Below, in pieces: positions 59,337 to 64,000 of a stretch of DNA of 64,000 bases. Source of the DNA: Bacillota bacterium. GTDB taxonomy: Bacteria > Bacillota > JAAYKD01. How positions within the stretch are numbered: the first letter of the stretch is position 1; every line of letters begins with the position of its first letter. The translations under genes were made by a program, and so were the position numbers. The DNA lies in contig OY762825.2 of assembly GCA_963666425.2 (NCBI GenBank), positions 480,001-544,000 of the forward strand, written 5' to 3'. Below the pieces are notes generated by a model. That model did no database searches, was not told where the DNA came from, and was given only the letters and a program-made list of their open reading frames with translations.

Positions 59337-60208
59337 GAGTAAAGCCCTCTTTCTCTGTCTTTCATTTCCGTCAGGAACTTCAGGTAAGCCGCATAGCGAT
59401 CCGCGGCGATTTTACCTTCGGCTAAAAGCTGTTTGACGGCGCAGTCCGGTTCTTTGTCATGCACGCAGGAGATAAAGCGGCATTGACCCAAGGCCGGGCG
59501 CATTTCCGGAAAATAATCAGCCAGGAGGCGCGGTTCCACCAAAGGCAGATCGAGGTGATAAAAGCCAGGCGTATCGGCAATCAAACCGTCTTCCGGGCGG
59601 CCGTAGAGTTCCGCATGCCGGGTGGTGTGTTTGCCGCGCTGCGATTTTTGGCTGATTTCACCGGTTTCCAACTTCCAATTGGGGTAGAGGCAATTGAGCA
59701 AACTCGATTTCCCCACACCGGAAGGACCGGCAAAAACGGAAATCTTGCCCTGCAGCAACTGACGCAGTTCGGCAATGCCAAGTTGTTCCAAAGCGGAGGT
59801 GCGCAGGATGGTGTAACCGGCCAGAGCATAGTCGGCCATCATCCGATCGACCTCTTCCCTGTCACTGAGATCGCTTTTTTGCAGCACGATAATTGGTACA
59901 ATGCGATGAATTTCCGCCTGCAGCAGCATTTTATCCAAGAGTTCCCGTTGCAGTGCCGGCTGGCTGTAGGCAAAGACCAAGATCAGCTGATCGACATTGG
60001 CTAAGCTCGGACGATCCAGCTCATTGCGGCGCGGCAGGACTTTTTCGATCATCGACTTGCCGCCCTCCGTTTCAATCTCCACCAGATCGCCAATTAAGAT
60101 ACCCTGTTCTTTGTGTTTGCCGCGGCTGCTGCCGCGATAACGATTGCCCTCTCGGTCCTGCATTTGATACAATCCGCCCACTCGTTTGATTACGATGGCT
60201 TCTGTCAC
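59333..60208 (-). CDS. rsgA: Ribosome small subunit-dependent GTPase A
   Basis: GPSGVGKSS, RGKHTTR, DTPG, CRF.SC.H..EPDC. Confidence 0.96.
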   Translation of the reverse strand: MTEAIVIKRVGGLYQMQDREGNRYRGSSRGKHKEQGILIGDLVEIETEGGKSMIEKVLPRRNELDRPSLANVDQLILVFAYSQPALQRELLDKMLLQAEIHRIVPIIVLQKSDLSDREEVDRMMADYALAGYTILRTSALEQLGIAELRQLLQGKISVFAGPSGVGKSSLLNCLYPNWKLETGEISQKSQRGKHTTRHAELYGRPEDGLIADTPGFYHLDLPLVEPRLLADYFPEMRPALGQCRFISCVHDKEPDCAVKQLLAEGKIAADRYAAYLKFLTEMKDRERGLYS

Positions 60209-60221
60209 TCATTACACCTCA

Positions 60222-62039
60222 TCAATATTTCTTGGTCGATTCCAATACGCCATTGCGGTAAATTTCAATGGTAGCCGGTGCCACAATGGGGATATCCAGC
60301 ACCAGCGGTGCGTCGCCTTTATGATGCGTTTTTTCATAGACGGTGCGGACCGGCGAAGAGATGCTGTTGTCGCGCACCACAATACTGATTTTGCTGACGC
60401 CAAAATCGTCAAAGGTGATGGTGATGTGTGCCTGGGTGGCGCCCAGATTTTCCACCACATTCACCGCGCTGCCGGCTGCCACTTCATACTGCGGTGCCGG
60501 TTCCTGAGAAACGATGGTTTTAGCGGCTTGGGTTTCATCTACAGTCGAACCGGTGGCGCCCAGTTTTAAACCAACCGAGGTCAGGGCTGTCATCGCCTGT
60601 TCCAGTGTCATGCCGCGCAGATCGGGTACTTTGACCTTCTCCGGCCCGGAAGAAACCGTTAGGGTGACCGAACTGCCGGTCGGCGCCCGTTTGAACGATT
60701 CCGGGTCTTGCTTGATGACTTTACCGGCTTCCACCGTGGTACTGCTTTCCGGTTTGATCACGACATTAAATAACTCATTGGTCAGGGCAATGCTGGCTTC
60801 GCGTTCGGTTTTGCCGGTGACCAGCGGTACCTGACGCAGTTCCGGCCCTTTGCTGACCGTGAGATAGATGGAGCGCGAGCGCTTGACTTCGGTATCGCCG
60901 GAGGGTGTCTGGTGGATGATCACATCCTCTTTGACCTCCTGATCGTAACGTCTTTCCGTAATTTCATAGGAGAGCCCGGCGGCGTCAAAGAGTTTATCGG
61001 CTTCGGTCAGGGTTTTGCCGATCACCGATGGCACCATCACAATGGTATTGTCGCGGCTGCTCTGCCACCAACTGTTGAAAATCAGGATGCCGCCGGAAAA
61101 GAAGATGATAGCGGCCAGCAGCTGAATCAAGAGGCGCATCCAGCGCTTTTTTTTGCGCACCGCCTCTGCTTTCTCCAGTGAGGTTGGATTGCGTTTGGGC
61201 CGCTTGGTGACGGGCTGCAAACCGCTTTTTTGCACGCTCTCCAGATCCGCCAATAAGTCGCTGGCGCTTTTATAGCGGTCGCGCGTGTCTTTTTCCAACA
61301 ATTTCATCACAATATCTTCCAATTGCGGTGGAATATCGGGACGGAAATCTTCCAGCGGCGGTACCGCTTCGCGCACGTGCTTTAAAGCCAGTTCAATGGG
61401 GGTGTCGCCGATAAACGGCACCCGCCCGGCCAGCATTTCGTATAAAACAATGCCGACCGAATAGAGATCCGATTGCTCGTTGACCGGTTTGCCCTGCGCC
61501 TGTTCCGGTGAGAAATAATGCACCGAACCGATGATGGCGCGGGTATTGGTCAGGGTGGAAGTGGAGACGGTGAGTGCAATGCCAAAATCGGTCAGTTTGA
61601 TCATGCCGTTTTTGTCCACCAGAATATTGTGCGGTTTGATGTCGCGGTGAATGACCTTATTGGTGTGCGCATGCTGCAGGGCTTTGGCAATCTGACAGGC
61701 AAAGTTGACGACTTGTTCGTAGCTAAGGTTGCCGTTGCCGATCAGTTTATCGAGGGTGGTGCCTTCCACCAGTTCCATCACGATATAATAGGGCGGCGTT
61801 TCTACCTGCACGTCGTAGGTCGTAACCAGATTGGGATGGTTGAGGCGCTGCAGTGATTCGGCTTCCCGGCGGAAACGGCGCAGAAAATCTTCATCGGAAT
61901 CGAATTCTTCCCGCAGTACTTTGATGGCCACAAAGCGGTTCTCTTTTAAGTCTCTGGCTTTGTAAACATGCGACATGCCGCCGCTGCCCACCAATTCGAG
62001 AATTTCATAGCGTCCTTGCAGTAATTTTTCCATCATCAT
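60222..62039 (-). CDS. prkC: PASTA-domain Ser/Thr kinase
   Basis: GSGGMS.VY, HRDIKPHN, DFGIA, GSVHYFSPEQ, TM segment, PASTA repeats. Confidence 0.95.
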   Translation of the reverse strand: MMMEKLLQGRYEILELVGSGGMSHVYKARDLKENRFVAIKVLREEFDSDEDFLRRFRREAESLQRLNHPNLVTTYDVQVETPPYYIVMELVEGTTLDKLIGNGNLSYEQVVNFACQIAKALQHAHTNKVIHRDIKPHNILVDKNGMIKLTDFGIALTVSTSTLTNTRAIIGSVHYFSPEQAQGKPVNEQSDLYSVGIVLYEMLAGRVPFIGDTPIELALKHVREAVPPLEDFRPDIPPQLEDIVMKLLEKDTRDRYKSASDLLADLESVQKSGLQPVTKRPKRNPTSLEKAEAVRKKKRWMRLLIQLLAAIIFFSGGILIFNSWWQSSRDNTIVMVPSVIGKTLTEADKLFDAAGLSYEITERRYDQEVKEDVIIHQTPSGDTEVKRSRSIYLTVSKGPELRQVPLVTGKTEREASIALTNELFNVVIKPESSTTVEAGKVIKQDPESFKRAPTGSSVTLTVSSGPEKVKVPDLRGMTLEQAMTALTSVGLKLGATGSTVDETQAAKTIVSQEPAPQYEVAAGSAVNVVENLGATQAHITITFDDFGVSKISIVVRDNSISSPVRTVYEKTHHKGDAPLVLDIPIVAPATIEIYRNGVLESTKKY

Positions 62040-62821
62040 TGCGCACCTCTCGTTTCAGAGAGATAGAGAGCCGTTATAGCGGAAATATTATCAAAACCAC
62101 CACGCTCGTTGGCCAGTTCAATCAATTCATTGGCTGTGGCGCTGGGGTCTTTCATTTTTTTTAAGGCGGTCTGCAGTTCGTTGTCCGTCACCAGCGTGTA
62201 GAGACCGTCACTGCAGATTAATAAACGCGAGTAGGGCGTTAGTTCCAGGACTTTGGTTTCCGCCAGCAGCTTGCCGGCATAACCCAAAGACTGGGTGAGG
62301 ATATTACGGTTGGGATGGGTTCTGGCTTCTTCCGGAGAAATCTGGCCGGAGCGCAGCAATTCAGCCGCCCAGGAGTGGTCGGAGGAGATTTGGTGCAGCT
62401 TGCCTTCATCATAATGGTAAAATCTGCTGTCGCCGATATGAAGCATGTATAAAAACTGATTGATTTCCACGACAGCGGTCAGCGTGGTGCCCATCGCCGT
62501 ATAGCGGGGATCTTCTTTGGCCGCCAAGAGAATGGCGTCGTTGATTTCGGCCGCCATCTGCTTGAGCAGCTTGGGCCAGAGAGAAATCGCATCCTCCGCC
62601 GGCCAGAGCAGTTCCGGGTTGCGCAAAAATTGCAGAGAAGTTTCAATGGCTATTTTGCTGGCGGTATCGCCGCCCAAATAACCACCGATGCCATCGGCAA
62701 CGGCCAGAAAATGAATCGCTTTCGCATCATCGCGTTCCAAACGCCCGGCAAAAAGAGTATCCTGATTCATCGCACGTACTTTTCCGGTGTGAGTGGCAAC
62801 ACCATAATGTAGTTGCTTCAT
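62036..62821 (-). CDS. prpC: PP2C-family Ser/Thr phosphatase (Stp1/PrpC)
   Basis: R..NQD, VADG.GG, MGTT, GDSR, CSDGL, DNIS. Confidence 0.94.
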   Translation of the reverse strand: MKQLHYGVATHTGKVRAMNQDTLFAGRLERDDAKAIHFLAVADGIGGYLGGDTASKIAIETSLQFLRNPELLWPAEDAISLWPKLLKQMAAEINDAILLAAKEDPRYTAMGTTLTAVVEINQFLYMLHIGDSRFYHYDEGKLHQISSDHSWAAELLRSGQISPEEARTHPNRNILTQSLGYAGKLLAETKVLELTPYSRLLICSDGLYTLVTDNELQTALKKMKDPSATANELIELANERGGFDNISAITALYLSETRGAQ

Positions 62822-63879
62822 TTTCTGTTTCCTTTCCGTATTTGGTGCTGCCCGCGCAATTGACCGCAGGCGGCAAAGATATCGGAACCCATTTCCCGGC
62901 GCAGGGTGACTTCAATGCCCATTTGTTTCAGGAGATCGGCAAAGGCTTGCGTGTTGTCCGGTTTGGAGCGGTATAAGTTGCTTTCCGGCACGGTATTGAG
63001 CGGAATCAGGTTGACATGACAGAGCATGTTGCGCATTTTTTGCACCAGTTCGCGGGCATGTTCCGGTTTGTCGTTGATCGAATCGATTAAGTTATACTCA
63101 AACGTGATGCGGCGCTTGGTGGTATCGCTGTAGACTTTACAGGCGGCCAGCAATTCGTCCAAAGGGTAATGCTTGGCAATCGGCATCAGCTGCTGGCGGA
63201 TGCTGTCATTTGGCGCATGCAGCGAAATGGAGAGGTTGATCGGCAGATCTTCCTGCATCAGGCGTTCAATCTGCGGTGTCAAGCCACAGGTAGAGACGGT
63301 GATATGCCGGTAGCCGATGCCCAAACCCCAGTTGGCGTTGGCAATCTGCAGAAAGCGCAGGACCTGATCGTAATTGTCCAGCGGTTCGCCCATGCCCATC
63401 AGCACCAGATGGCTGATGCGGTCGCCGCCGTCGAGATCGCGCATGACCAAGACTTGGCCCAGCATTTCACCGGCCGATAAATTGCGCCGAAACCCGTTCA
63501 GTCCGGTGGCGCAAAAACGGCAATTCATTTTACAGCCGGCCTGTGTGGAGACGCAAACGGAATTGCCATAGTTATACTTCATTAAAACACTTTCGATCAT
63601 CTCATGATCCCAGAGCGACATCAGCGCTTTTTTGACGGGATCCTGCTTCGATTCGTAATACTCTTCCACAACCGGCATGCCGATTTCGCTGACTTCGGCT
63701 AATTTTTCGCGGAAACTCAAAGAAAAATCGGTCATTTCCGCAAAATCGGCCGCGCCTTTGCCATAAATCCAGCTGCATAATTGACGGGCGCGAAACGGCT
63801 TCTCCCCCATTTGCTGCATGGCGGTTTCCATCTCGGGCAACGTCATCCCTAACCAACGAATTTTTTGTTCACTCTGCAT
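62818..63879 (-). CDS. rlmN: Dual-specificity RNA methyltransferase RlmN
   Basis: C.M.C.FC radical-SAM motif, MGMGEP, ACGQL. Confidence 0.96.
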   Translation of the reverse strand: MQSEQKIRWLGMTLPEMETAMQQMGEKPFRARQLCSWIYGKGAADFAEMTDFSLSFREKLAEVSEIGMPVVEEYYESKQDPVKKALMSLWDHEMIESVLMKYNYGNSVCVSTQAGCKMNCRFCATGLNGFRRNLSAGEMLGQVLVMRDLDGGDRISHLVLMGMGEPLDNYDQVLRFLQIANANWGLGIGYRHITVSTCGLTPQIERLMQEDLPINLSISLHAPNDSIRQQLMPIAKHYPLDELLAACKVYSDTTKRRITFEYNLIDSINDKPEHARELVQKMRNMLCHVNLIPLNTVPESNLYRSKPDNTQAFADLLKQMGIEVTLRREMGSDIFAACGQLRGQHQIRKGNRK

Positions 63880-63943
63880 TACAATACCTACTCCTTCAAT
63901 ATTTAACATTTTATAGTATGAGAGGATCACCTCTCCTCGGGGG

Positions 63944-64000
63944 TCATTTCAGATCAGGGAGCGCTGTTGGTTCACTCTTCTTGCTGAGCATGGCCAGAAA
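63944..64000 (-). CDS. C-terminal end of the upstream gene (probably RsmB), partial
   Basis: Open frame FLAMLSKK...LK*; the conserved order rsmB-rlmN-prpC-prkC-rsgA-rpe is known in Bacillota. Confidence 0.5.
   Translation of the reverse strand, partial: FLAMLSKKSEPTALPDLK

Overview
This window comes from a Bacillota (Firmicutes, probably clostridial-type) chromosome. The right end (56.9-64 kb) is GC-richer core genome: the end of rsmB, then rlmN, stp/prpC, prkC, rsgA, rpe, a TraB-family gene and tRNA-Ala(GGC). Everything to the left is accessory, in four parts. (i) 40.8-56.8 kb holds small gene modules (ComK-like, HTH/Ser-Thr kinase/S-layer, GNAT, LuxR, AbiE toxin-antitoxin) separated by clusters of one GTAG-type REP, with its RAYT (HUH Y1 nuclease) at 53 kb. 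I counted about 35 REP copies across the window. They are embedded in two satellites: 7/8-bp repeats that match the REP stem arm, and roughly 21-bp iteron-like arrays. (ii) 13.9-40.7 kb is a minus-strand, low-GC Wzx/Wzy polysaccharide locus. It carries a PglF/E/D/C-like pathway, a FabD/FabH/ACP/adenylation acyl-tailoring module, and two DNA-binding-domain/enzyme fusions (integrase-arm-domain plus PglD-like; HTH plus Ugd). (iii) 7-13.9 kb has IS remnants and candidate defence cassettes (a dGTPase; DUF2188, a TIR/NDT-like protein and YjzC) placed between repeated 3' halves of wecB. (iv) 0-4.1 kb is a cassette-like array of divergent AAA_14/DUF4143 ATPases, each preceded by the same 143-bp structured repeat and followed by a REP array. 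The best candidates for new systems are the RAYT/REP satellite-delimited cassette arrays and the integrase-domain/pseudo-acetyltransferase capsule regulator. All family calls come from motif recognition by eye; no searches were run.
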